From a virus, in IMG/VR virus record IMGVR_UViG_2654587756_000002: a stretch of DNA of 45,932 bases. One strand, 5' to 3'. A program made the position numbers and the translations under genes. This document shows positions 9,189-19,304 of the stretch, piece after piece. Under the pieces are notes generated by a model, which saw nothing but the letters and a program-made list of their open reading frames with translations, was not told the origin of the DNA and did no database searches. How positions within the stretch are numbered: the first letter of the stretch is position 1; each line of letters starts with the position of its first letter.

Positions 9189-10595
9189 TTAATTCCACAA
9201 TTTACCTCTTACTTTAAATAAAAAACGTTTAATAGAAAATTTATCATTTACATTATCATTCTCTAGAGATAATTTATTAATATATTCTTTTTGATTATTA
9301 TTCTCAATCCTATATTGAGATATTGACGCTTTAAGAGAATTAATAGACTTAATTAACATATTATTTTGTTCAAGCAAGTTTAAATAATCGTTCAATAAAC
9401 TAACTTTTTCTCCATTTAATTTTTTATTTTCATTATATAAAATTACTTTAGTTTGAGTTAAAATATTATTCCTATTTAATAATTTTTCATTCTCCATAGA
9501 TAACCCATCACATTTATCTAGCAAAACACACTTAGATTTAACTAAATCAACATTACGATTAGCCAACTTCTCATTTTCATCAACTAAATCATTATATTTA
9601 TTTAACAAATCATTATTAGAATTAACTAAATCAACAATACGATTAGCCAACTTCTCATTTTCATCAACTAAATCATCACGTTGATTTAATACAATTTGCC
9701 TAGACTTAACCAAAGAAGAATTAATATTATTTAAAGTTTTATTAGTTTCCATAAGATTATTATTTTCATCAATAAATTTGATTTTTTCTTGAGTTAATTC
9801 TTTATTTAATAAAACAATAGAACTTTCTAATTCTGAAATTTTATCCATAGATAATATCATATTTCTCAAATAACTTTTTTCTAATAGAAAAGTAATATCA
9901 CTTTTTTCAATTATATTATTTATTTTAGATTTTAAACTTGATTCATTTGGATAAATAATTCCCAATCCATTAAAAGCCATAATAGTAGAAAAAGATAAAT
10001 CATTTTTAGATTCATGTAAAAAATCCTCAATGGCAGTCAAAACCCCATTTTTAGCACCATTTTCATAAATTGCATTATTTAAATTACAGTTTAATCCTCC
10101 TTTTTCTAATAATTCCGGTGTATCTGGTAACATGCCTTTTTTAGCATACTCATGCAAAAATTCTTTAGGAATTGTTTTGGGATTATAATAAAGATCACGC
10201 CTACCATATGGCCATCCCACATCATGTAAAATAATAATTGGAAATTTTTTCCCAATGAATTTTTTTTCAATTAATTTGAGTTCATTATATACAGTATACC
10301 AATTATGATCCCCATCAATTAATATTACATCATAATCATTAATTTCTTGAAGACAATTTAAACTTAAATCTTTAATTAATTTAAAATGGTCCCCATATTG
10401 ATTTGAAAATTTATTTTCATCAAAAAGAGGGTGGGGATCAATTGTAATTAAATAAGAATTATTTTTAATACAATAACTCAAAATTTTTTCAGTGTTGATT
10501 CCATCTTCAGAACCTATTTCAACAATATTTTTAGGTTTTAACTCTTTAAATAAAGGTAAAACAATAATTTCCCACATACGTCGCATAAATATCAC
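9189..10595 (-). CDS. Methyltransf_24-like SAM methyltransferase with long C-terminal coiled coil
   Basis: IVEIGS and LIDGDHNWYTVYNEL motifs, followed by ~200 aa of heptad-rich sequence and a basic/hydrophobic C-terminus. Start may be ATG 10586. Confidence 0.8.
   Translation of the reverse strand: MIFMRRMWEIIVLPLFKELKPKNIVEIGSEDGINTEKILSYCIKNNSYLITIDPHPLFDENKFSNQYGDHFKLIKDLSLNCLQEINDYDVILIDGDHNWYTVYNELKLIEKKFIGKKFPIIILHDVGWPYGRRDLYYNPKTIPKEFLHEYAKKGMLPDTPELLEKGGLNCNLNNAIYENGAKNGVLTAIEDFLHESKNDLSFSTIMAFNGLGIIYPNESSLKSKINNIIEKSDITFLLEKSYLRNMILSMDKISELESSIVLLNKELTQEKIKFIDENNNLMETNKTLNNINSSLVKSRQIVLNQRDDLVDENEKLANRIVDLVNSNNDLLNKYNDLVDENEKLANRNVDLVKSKCVLLDKCDGLSMENEKLLNRNNILTQTKVILYNENKKLNGEKVSLLNDYLNLLEQNNMLIKSINSLKASISQYRIENNNQKEYINKLSLENDNVNDKFSIKRFLFKVRGKLWN
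9538..9676. repeat. 55-bp direct repeat (9538-9592, 9622-9676; 1 mismatch), 84-bp period = 28 aa = four heptads
   Basis: Direct comparison; encodes DLVDENEKLANR(I/N)VDLV twice. Confidence 0.92.
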
Positions 10596-10670
10596 ATTTA
10601 ATCCTATTAAAACTATTAATCATAGGTTTTATCAAATAGAAATTATATAAAGTAAAAAAAATCTATTTAA

Positions 10671-13600
10671 TCAATCCCCCCAATCAAAAATATTCTTATC
10701 TGCAATGTTATAAACAAAGGCATCTGAAATATGATAAATCTTTAAACATTTAACATATCGAATATAATCAGATAAAATATTAGATAAAGACAAATCTTCA
10801 AAAGAATTATTAACATCAAATTGGAATGAATCCAATACTTCAGATTTTAAATAAACACAGAATAAAGGTGCCCAATTTAATTCTAAGATTTTTCCATCAT
10901 GATAATTTTCCATATTTATAATATTATCATAAAATATTGATGGCGTAATATCACATTTAAAATATGGATTAGCATATGGAACATGAGATTTAATATTTTT
11001 ATCACCATCAGGCAAAATTTGCTGAGAAACAATCATACCAGAATCTGAAAGTTCATAAGCATATTTTTGCATGAATTCAATAGCCCCTTCCGTTAAAACT
11101 GCGTTAACATCCAATATTAATAAATCGAAGTTAACATCATGCAACCCCTGAAGTTTAGTAAACAAAGATGATTCATCAAAATCATCATCAACCAAAGATA
11201 AAACTTCTATACTATTATTCAATTCAAGATAATCCAAATATTCTTTTATAGAAGTATTTAAATCATTATCAATAACAACAATATCCAACATATCATCCAA
11301 ATTTAATTTAAATAACCTATTAATTGCTTCATGAATATCGATTAAAGATTTAATATTATGAAGTATAACTTTAATTTTTTTATTTAATTGATAATAAGGC
11401 TTCTTAATAATCATGTTATTATTATGAATATTATGAGCATAATTTTTAAATAATTCCATCATTTTTTCATGATTTTTAGAAGAATAATCACTAATTCTAT
11501 TTTTTGCGGCATCAAAATAATATTTTGAAAGAATAAAAGGAACAGAATATATTTTAAAATAATTAGAAATTTTTAAAACAAAATCCCAATCAACTAAACG
11601 ATTTAAAGACTCGTTAAATCCACCCAACCTATTATACACTGTTTTCTTATGAGCAAGACAATTTAAATCTATATAATTTCCATTTAACAATAACGATTTA
11701 TTAAATGATCCAAATCTAACTGCAAAAGGAGAATCGCCAAGATTCCTATAAAGAAATTGTCCAGAATAAATAGCATCAGCATCAGGTAATTCTAAAAAAG
11801 CACCCATAACAGCATCAATATAATTATATTCCCACTCATTATCAGAATCCAAATATAATATATAATCTCCATTAGCTTTACTCAAACCAATATTACGAGC
11901 AGCAGAAGAGCCACCATTAATTTTACTACATATAACTTTTACACGATCATCAGAAATAGATTTTAATACATCAACAGTATCATCAGTACTTGCATCATCA
12001 ACGATAATTAATTCAAGATTTTTATATGATTGATTTAAAACTGTGCTGACAGCATTAAGAACAATATCCGCACGATTATAAACAGGCATGATAATAGAAA
12101 CCAATGGTTTAAACTCATTATTTTGAGATTTATTTTTTAAATAATTAGCAATATTATCCATGATTAAAAAACATCTATTTTCATATTCTGTAAAAGGAGC
12201 ATGAATTATTGGAGAAAGATATGAATTAACTAAAAATTGACTGAAATTTAGAATTGAATCATTTTTAATTTCAGAATTTAAAAACGGTTTATCATCAATA
12301 ATTTCTTTAGATGAATTATCACCAGAAATTGAATAAAGTTCTGAAAAACAACGAGTAATATTAATAATCATATTTTTTATATTTTCATCAGGATAATGAA
12401 GTTTTCTTATAATCTCATAATATTTTTCTGACGAAAACAAATTGAAAAGCCCAGAATAAGAATACTGATTAAAATACATAGGAATATCATATGTATGATA
12501 ATATTCATTAACTAAAGAACCAAAATTATTACTATCCAAAAGAACAGGAACACACATCTCCTTAGATTGGAAAATTACATCATAAAAACCTGAAAATTTA
12601 TTAATAAGCACAACAAAATCCGGATTAATATCATGAGAAATATTTGAAAAGCGATTAATATCAAATAATCCATGATAAACACCATACTCATCCAAATTTG
12701 AATTATCTGATAAGAAATGCAAATCCAAATAATTATTTAAATCTTCTTTTTTAAGATTATCGATTAATTTGATGCCTATTTCATCAATATCCCCAACAAA
12801 TAATAATGTTAAACTAATATTATCCTTATTAAATATATCAATAAGTTTATTATTTAATTTTGGAAAATCAATATATTTTACTACACCATTAGAATTATTT
12901 AAAAAGGGATTATAATCCATAGATTCATTTTTATCTATTATCAGATTAGAGTTACTTAATAATTCAGAAACATTAACCTGCCAATTACTCCAAATATTCC
13001 TAAAAATATTACTATTACACTTTTTGAAATCACAATGAATAAAACAAGAATTTCCATTAAAAGGACATATTAGATAATCATTATTACAATTTAATACCCG
13101 ATTAATATTAAGCAAGTTACTAATATCCAATAAATCAAAAGAGTTATTTTTAAAATTAATTATATGAATAATATTGATATTTAATAAAAATAATATATTA
13201 AAATAAAAATCTCTAAATAGTTCATTTCTCAATTCATTATTTTCAATATTTAATTTTAAATCCCATTTTTGAATTAAATTAAAGTTATCCCAAAGTTTAA
13301 AACCATCACCATTAGAAGTTAAGAAATAACAATCATAATATAACAAAGAATAATAACCCATGTAATCTTTAAAAGAACAAAATTCTTCCTCAGTCAATAT
13401 ATATAGTATTCTATTAGACAAAGTATAATCTCTTTTATCCAAAATTGCCAAATCCAAATCACGTTTGAAATCCTCATAAACAGAAGATTTTAAAAATTTA
13501 TTCAATTTTAATTCAGAACAAAAATCATTAACATGATTATCAAATAAATGATAGTTATCTTCAAAAAATACATTATCATGATAAATATAAGTAGAATCAT

Positions 13601-15983
13601 CAATAACATGAAGACCTTTATGAATTGGTAAATAACAAGAACTATTCTTTGAATCAAAAACAAAAAACTTTTTATTGAATAAGAATTCTTTAGAAAAATT
13701 AAACTTAACATAAATACAAAAAGCATCTGAAATTGAAGAATATATTAAATCATGATTTGAAGATTTTCTTAAAAAAGTATTAATTCCATTGGTCACCAGC
13801 ATATAATCATTATAATCAGATGCCTCTGAAAATGGAAAAATATCACTCATAAAATTAGAACATGGTGAAACAAAACCAATTTTTTGATTAGAATATGCTT
13901 TAACAATTAGTTTTGTTAACCAATTATAAGAAACTTCAGTATATGAATTTAACAAGACAAAATCACTATTTAAACCCAAAATGAATTCATCAATATCCTC
14001 AAATAAAATATCATCATTACTATAAATTATTTCTATATTTTCTTTAAATAATAACTCACAATCATTAAATTCTTTTTCAAACAAATTTTTATCTATAAAA
14101 ATTATTAAATTAAATGAATTAAAAGTATTATTAAAAATAGATTCAATACAATCAAAAATTTTATCAGAATAATTATGAATAGGCAATATAATATATACAT
14201 CATTATTTAAATTATCAATAATTCTGGAAATATCCTCATTTAAAAATTGATTATTTGAAAATGACCAGCAATTTGTCTTTAATCCCTTTTCTTTTCCAAT
14301 TAAAAAATAATGGGTCAGAGGATTCCACAATTTTGTATCAACTAAATATTTAGTAGTATAATATTTATTTGAAAAACTAATTGAAGGATTTCTATAGTCA
14401 GTATAATAACCATATTTAGAATAATGATAAATTGGATTTAAATTTGCATCACGAACATCTTGATTTGTAGATAAATAATATTCAGAATCCAATAAATCAG
14501 ATTTTTTAATAATGAATTCATTGATTTCGAAGTTATCCGCATCGATATTATCCTTAAAAAATGAAAATTCAATACCATATAATAAATAAAAAACAAAAGG
14601 ATTTAAACCAAATTTATTAATAAACTCATCTTTTGGGGAAATATAATCTTTAAAGTCATTAAATGGAATACAATTTTCATCAACACCAAAAGTAAGATAA
14701 TGATCAATAGGAGATAAACCACAATTTAAAACATCAGGATATGATCCTATATAAAATTCCTCATCAAAAAGTCCTGATTGCTCTACTATAGATTTACTTT
14801 GATTAACAAGAAAAGTGTTAAACGATGAAGAAATTTCATTATCATAATATTCCATCACTTTTTCATATAATAAATTAGATTTATTCCGTTTATTTGAATT
14901 TAATACATTTAACCAATTATCTATTAAATTTTTAATAGTATAATTCATTTTAACATCCTTTATCGCATTGTAAAGAATAGATTGTCTTAAATCAAAATTA
15001 TTTATTAATTTCAGTAAATTTTCCTCCCACTGCTCCGTAGTATTATTCTCTACCAACATACCATTTTTTTCATGAATAATTGCTTTTGAATAGGGACCAA
15101 CATCACTATAAATGGCTGGAACATTTAATGCCGTGTACTCCAAATATTTAAGTTCACTTTTACTTAAATTAATTTTATCCTCTTTGACTAAAGGCGCGAT
15201 TGCAATATCCCAATCGACCGCATCTTGTAACCATGGAACAAAATCCGGATAATATGATTTATCCGAAGGAACTCTAATAATATTAATACCCTCAATATCT
15301 TCAGTTGTACCTTCGATAATCTCAAATATTACTTTTTTATCAGATAGACTACTTTGAATATTTTTAATTGCATCAATAATTATTTTTAAATCTTTAGTAT
15401 GTGTTCTTGTACCCATATATCCAATTTTAATAATATGTGAATCATCATGCAATTTAGAATTAAAATCAAGTTCCCAATAATCAGATAATGCATTAGGAAT
15501 AACGACAACATTATCATTAAAAGCATCCATTTGAATCTTCAAAACATCTGTGGAAACAGTAATACAATCAGCATTCTGAGCCAAAAAACGCATAGCTGGA
15601 ATTTTATGAACAAATTTATGATAAATAGGAGATGATTTTTCCATATTAATAATATCATCATCAATTTCAAAAATTAATTTAACTCCAAATAATTTACATT
15701 TATCAACCAGTAATTTAGTAAACTCCCAATCAAGAACATCTCTTTGAACAATAACAATATCCAAAAGTAAAAAATCAGATTCTAAATCTTGTTTAAATTT
15801 AACAAAATCCCTTTCATCAATCACATAAGGTTCAAAATCTTTACAAATATTGCTAAATGGAGAAAAAATCCTAATATAATTACTAGCAATATAATTTCCT
15901 TGTGTAATTAATCCAACATTCTGCTTATAATCATTAACATATTCAAATTCAGAATATCTTTTTATTCTATTTTCATATCTCAT
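10671..15983 (-). CDS. 1770-aa multidomain glycosyltransferase (GT-B domain, repeat module, degenerate GT2-like and GT4-like domains, intact GT2, degenerate GT2-like tail)
   Basis: N-terminal EIDDD, IGYMGT, WDIAIAPL and KSELKYLEY. Intact GT2 VSIIMPVYNR...IIVDDAS...YLDSD. Uninterrupted 5.3-kb ORF with SD GGAG. Confidence 0.85.
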   Translation of the reverse strand: MRYENRIKRYSEFEYVNDYKQNVGLITQGNYIASNYIRIFSPFSNICKDFEPYVIDERDFVKFKQDLESDFLLLDIVIVQRDVLDWEFTKLLVDKCKLFGVKLIFEIDDDIINMEKSSPIYHKFVHKIPAMRFLAQNADCITVSTDVLKIQMDAFNDNVVVIPNALSDYWELDFNSKLHDDSHIIKIGYMGTRTHTKDLKIIIDAIKNIQSSLSDKKVIFEIIEGTTEDIEGINIIRVPSDKSYYPDFVPWLQDAVDWDIAIAPLVKEDKINLSKSELKYLEYTALNVPAIYSDVGPYSKAIIHEKNGMLVENNTTEQWEENLLKLINNFDLRQSILYNAIKDVKMNYTIKNLIDNWLNVLNSNKRNKSNLLYEKVMEYYDNEISSSFNTFLVNQSKSIVEQSGLFDEEFYIGSYPDVLNCGLSPIDHYLTFGVDENCIPFNDFKDYISPKDEFINKFGLNPFVFYLLYGIEFSFFKDNIDADNFEINEFIIKKSDLLDSEYYLSTNQDVRDANLNPIYHYSKYGYYTDYRNPSISFSNKYYTTKYLVDTKLWNPLTHYFLIGKEKGLKTNCWSFSNNQFLNEDISRIIDNLNNDVYIILPIHNYSDKIFDCIESIFNNTFNSFNLIIFIDKNLFEKEFNDCELLFKENIEIIYSNDDILFEDIDEFILGLNSDFVLLNSYTEVSYNWLTKLIVKAYSNQKIGFVSPCSNFMSDIFPFSEASDYNDYMLVTNGINTFLRKSSNHDLIYSSISDAFCIYVKFNFSKEFLFNKKFFVFDSKNSSCYLPIHKGLHVIDDSTYIYHDNVFFEDNYHLFDNHVNDFCSELKLNKFLKSSVYEDFKRDLDLAILDKRDYTLSNRILYILTEEEFCSFKDYMGYYSLLYYDCYFLTSNGDGFKLWDNFNLIQKWDLKLNIENNELRNELFRDFYFNILFLLNINIIHIINFKNNSFDLLDISNLLNINRVLNCNNDYLICPFNGNSCFIHCDFKKCNSNIFRNIWSNWQVNVSELLSNSNLIIDKNESMDYNPFLNNSNGVVKYIDFPKLNNKLIDIFNKDNISLTLLFVGDIDEIGIKLIDNLKKEDLNNYLDLHFLSDNSNLDEYGVYHGLFDINRFSNISHDINPDFVVLINKFSGFYDVIFQSKEMCVPVLLDSNNFGSLVNEYYHTYDIPMYFNQYSYSGLFNLFSSEKYYEIIRKLHYPDENIKNMIINITRCFSELYSISGDNSSKEIIDDKPFLNSEIKNDSILNFSQFLVNSYLSPIIHAPFTEYENRCFLIMDNIANYLKNKSQNNEFKPLVSIIMPVYNRADIVLNAVSTVLNQSYKNLELIIVDDASTDDTVDVLKSISDDRVKVICSKINGGSSAARNIGLSKANGDYILYLDSDNEWEYNYIDAVMGAFLELPDADAIYSGQFLYRNLGDSPFAVRFGSFNKSLLLNGNYIDLNCLAHKKTVYNRLGGFNESLNRLVDWDFVLKISNYFKIYSVPFILSKYYFDAAKNRISDYSSKNHEKMMELFKNYAHNIHNNNMIIKKPYYQLNKKIKVILHNIKSLIDIHEAINRLFKLNLDDMLDIVVIDNDLNTSIKEYLDYLELNNSIEVLSLVDDDFDESSLFTKLQGLHDVNFDLLILDVNAVLTEGAIEFMQKYAYELSDSGMIVSQQILPDGDKNIKSHVPYANPYFKCDITPSIFYDNIINMENYHDGKILELNWAPLFCVYLKSEVLDSFQFDVNNSFEDLSLSNILSDYIRYVKCLKIYHISDAFVYNIADKNIFDWGD

Positions 15984-16076
15984 AATAACTCCAATAATGA
16001 TAATTTTTATTGTATAAATGTTAAAAATCCTAATAAAAAATTAATTTTATTATTAATATATTTTTATAAATTAAAC

Positions 16077-16216
16077 TATAAATAGATATGTTAATATAAT
16101 GAAATAATATAATTATAATCAATACGGACGATATTAAATTTTAAGGTATAAATAGATATGTTAATATAATGAAATAATATGATTATAATCAATACGGACG
16201 ATATTAAATTTTAAGG
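16077..16216. repeat. 70-bp tandem duplication (16077-16146, 16147-16216; one a/g mismatch) spanning a TATA-like box and the leader of the GT4 gene
   Basis: Direct comparison. Each unit starts TATAAATAGATATG and ends TTAAGG; the second runs into the GGAGGA SD. Confidence 0.95.
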
Positions 16217-16225
16217 AGGATAAAA

Positions 16226-17881
16226 ATGAAAATAGGAAAACCCATTCAAAAAAAAATTCTGAAAAATAATAAAGAATATAATTTTTATAAAGAAGAATAT
16301 GAAAAATATATTTTAAAATATCAAAATTTAATTAAAAATCTTGATGAAAAAAACAACAAAAAAATAGTAATGTATGAAAATTCTTTGTCAAAAATTAATG
16401 AATTAATGATAAAAACCGATAATCTTCAAAAACAATTACCTCTTCTTGAAAAAGCATTGGAAGAAATAAAAAATGTTGATAAAATATACAAAGTTAATGA
16501 ATTAATTAATATTATTAACACACTAAAAATGAATGAAAAAATAGTAAAAGAAGAAAATAAATACCTAAAAAATACAATAAAAGAATTACGTGATACCAAT
16601 AAAAAATATGAAGATAAGTTAAATAACTCAGAAAATTTACTAAATAAAGAAAATAATTTTTATAAAAAAGAATATGAAAATATTCTTAAAAGAGAAGAAG
16701 AATACCATAATATAATAAATAAACTGTTAGAAAATAATTTAATTAGTATCCAAGAAAAACAAAAGTTATATGAGAATATTATAAAAGAATATAAATTGCA
16801 AAAATTAAATATTGCATATGTACTATCCGGATTTCCAACACTTTCAGAAACATTTGTTATTAATGAACTCAGATGGTTAGTAAAACATGGATATAATGTG
16901 AAAGTTTTATGTTATAATAATCCACCAAACCCCATCAAATTAGATTTTAATTTAGAAGTCATACGTTTTGATAAAAGTGGAAATCCCGCTGAAAATTTAG
17001 AAAAATTATTAATCGAACATGATATAAACTTAATTCATTCCCATTTTGTATTTCCTACAGGAACATTATACACATATCCTATTGCAACCAAACTTAAAAT
17101 TCCATTTACATTATTTGCACATGCATTTGATATTTTTGTTAAAGAAAATGATAAGAAAAATAATATTTCAGAAATTTCAAAATCAAAATATTGTAAAGGA
17201 ATATTCACATTAAGTAACTATCATAAAAATTATTTAATGAGTCGTGATGTTCCAGAAAATAAGATTATATTAACAAGACAAGCTACAGAATACCAAATCC
17301 ACCCATTAAAAGAAAAAAATAGAAAAATAAAAAAAATAGTGTCTATTTCAAGATTTGTTGAAAAAAAAGGAATAGATATTCTTATTGAAACTGCAAAAAT
17401 ACTTGAAAATGAAAATTATGAATTTTCTATATATGGATTTGGTATTTTAGAAGATGAACTAAAAAAACAAATTAAAAAATTAAAATTAAAAAATATTAAG
17501 GTTAAAGGAAGTTTAGAAAATCCTAAAGAAGTAAAAAAAGTATTTGATACATCAGATTTATTAGTATCTCCATGCAGAATTGCAAAAAATGGAGATCGAG
17601 ATGGAATTCCAACAGTAATGTTTGAATCAATGGCATATGGAGTTCCTGTTTTAACAACTAATGTTTCAGCGATACCTGAAGTAATAATTGATGGTAAAAA
17701 TGGATTCTTAGTAAAACCAAACAATCCTTATGAACTCGCTAGGAAAATTAGAGAAATAAACTCAAAAAGTCCAGAAGAAATTGTAAAAATAAGAAAAAAC
17801 GCACAATTTGATGTTCAGAATATTTCAAGTATTAAAAAAACAATGACGACATTATTAAATACATGGTCTACTACAAACTAA
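16226..17881 (+). CDS. GT4 family glycosyltransferase (WcaL-like) with ~190-aa N-terminal coiled coil
   Basis: YVLSGFPTLSETFV, AHAFDIF, SRFVEKKG and RDGIPTVMFESMAYGVPV. SD GGAGGA. Confidence 0.88.
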   Translation: MKIGKPIQKKILKNNKEYNFYKEEYEKYILKYQNLIKNLDEKNNKKIVMYENSLSKINELMIKTDNLQKQLPLLEKALEEIKNVDKIYKVNELINIINTLKMNEKIVKEENKYLKNTIKELRDTNKKYEDKLNNSENLLNKENNFYKKEYENILKREEEYHNIINKLLENNLISIQEKQKLYENIIKEYKLQKLNIAYVLSGFPTLSETFVINELRWLVKHGYNVKVLCYNNPPNPIKLDFNLEVIRFDKSGNPAENLEKLLIEHDINLIHSHFVFPTGTLYTYPIATKLKIPFTLFAHAFDIFVKENDKKNNISEISKSKYCKGIFTLSNYHKNYLMSRDVPENKIILTRQATEYQIHPLKEKNRKIKKIVSISRFVEKKGIDILIETAKILENENYEFSIYGFGILEDELKKQIKKLKLKNIKVKGSLENPKEVKKVFDTSDLLVSPCRIAKNGDRDGIPTVMFESMAYGVPVLTTNVSAIPEVIIDGKNGFLVKPNNPYELARKIREINSKSPEEIVKIRKNAQFDVQNISSIKKTMTTLLNTWSTTN

Positions 17882-17888
17882 ATAAATA

Positions 17889-19304
17889 GTGATTAATATG
17901 TTTAAATACTTAAATAAATATACAAACACCAAGACAGAATATGAATTAAATAGAATAGGAGTTTTTATTAAAGATTATAGTGTTTCTGCTGATATTAGAT
18001 TATTATATATTTTTAATGAAATTTCAAAAAAATATGGATACTCATTCAATATTATTGAAGGTAAAGATTTACTAGCTGTTGAAAAAGATTTATTGAATAA
18101 TGAATTTTTTTTTGATACAATCATTATACAGCGAAATGCACTTGATCAAAACACAGACGTTAAATCAAACTTATTTGATTTAATAGTTAAATATTCTAAA
18201 AAAAATAAAATTAAAATTGTTTATGAAATAGACGATGATTTATTAAATATAGATAAAAGTAACCCAGGATATCAGTATTATATGAGTATAAAAAGTAAAA
18301 TGGAATATTTAATTAAAAATTCAGATGTTGTTACAGTTTCGACAAAAACACTCCAAAAAACATTATATCCCCTTAACAAAAATATTATTGTCATACCAAA
18401 TAGATTAATTGATTCTTGGTTTGATTTTGTCCCATCTAAAAAATTTAAAAATAAAAATCAAATAATTATTGGATATATGGGAACAATTTACCATTCATGG
18501 GATTTACCATTATTAGAGACTGCAATAAATAATGTTAAAAAATATTTTTTAAAGAAAAATAAAGAAGTAGTTTTTGAACTAGTGGGAGGTACTGATCAAG
18601 AGTTAAAATGGGCTAAAAAAATTGATGTTCCCCCAAAAAATAATCGATACATCAAATTTGTACCTTGGCTTAAAAGTATTGTAAATTGGGATATTGCTGT
18701 TGCACCATTAGAAGAAAGTGCAATTAATTACAATAAAAGTGAGCTTAAATATTTAGAATATACTGGACTTAATGTTCCTGGAATATACAGTGCAATAGGA
18801 CCTTATAAAGAAAAAGTCGTTCATAAGAATACTGGATTATTAATCAAAAATAATACTCCTGAAGAATGGGAGAGAAATATTATACGACTTATTGAAGATA
18901 AAGAACTCCAAAAAAATATTTTAAAGAATTCTAAAAAAGATATTGAAGATAATTATTTAATAAATTTTTCTATAAACCAATGGATGGATATATTAACTGA
19001 AGATTATAATATTAAAAAGGATTCATCTAATAAATATCAAAGTACGATACAAAATATTAAAAATAAGTATTTGAATACTAATGAAAAATTAAAAATACTC
19101 GAAATAACCCATCAAAACAACCAAATTAATCCAAGTCAAATATTAACTAAAGAAAACTGGAAATATGAAAAAATTTTCTTTGAGAACGATATTGAAAATA
19201 ATCATATTATGTATTTAGATAAATTAAAAACAATTGAAAATAATAGTGTTGATATAATAATTTCTCTTGAATTTTTTAAAATAATTCCTTTTTTTGGTTA
19301 TTAA
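17889..19304 (+). CDS. GT-B fold glycosyltransferase (paralogous to the N-terminus of the 1770-aa protein) fused to the start of a degenerate family-B methyltransferase domain; ends early at a frameshift
   Basis: YEIDDDLL, IGYMGT, WDIAVAPL and KSELKYLEY. Tail KILEI...NSVDIIIS...IIPFF resembles family-B methyltransferases. Confidence 0.82.
   Translation: MINMFKYLNKYTNTKTEYELNRIGVFIKDYSVSADIRLLYIFNEISKKYGYSFNIIEGKDLLAVEKDLLNNEFFFDTIIIQRNALDQNTDVKSNLFDLIVKYSKKNKIKIVYEIDDDLLNIDKSNPGYQYYMSIKSKMEYLIKNSDVVTVSTKTLQKTLYPLNKNIIVIPNRLIDSWFDFVPSKKFKNKNQIIIGYMGTIYHSWDLPLLETAINNVKKYFLKKNKEVVFELVGGTDQELKWAKKIDVPPKNNRYIKFVPWLKSIVNWDIAVAPLEESAINYNKSELKYLEYTGLNVPGIYSAIGPYKEKVVHKNTGLLIKNNTPEEWERNIIRLIEDKELQKNILKNSKKDIEDNYLINFSINQWMDILTEDYNIKKDSSNKYQSTIQNIKNKYLNTNEKLKILEITHQNNQINPSQILTKENWKYEKIFFENDIENNHIMYLDKLKTIENNSVDIIISLEFFKIIPFFGY

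Noticed and set aside
16077-16216. Repeats as a possible CRISPR array
   Set aside because: Two adjacent 70-bp units with no spacers and no cas genes. The other repeats lie in coding sequence.
16248-16256. A9 run near the 5' end of the GT4 gene as a phase-variation switch
   Set aside because: It is in frame, and A8-A9 runs are common at this AT content. There is no evidence of slippage.
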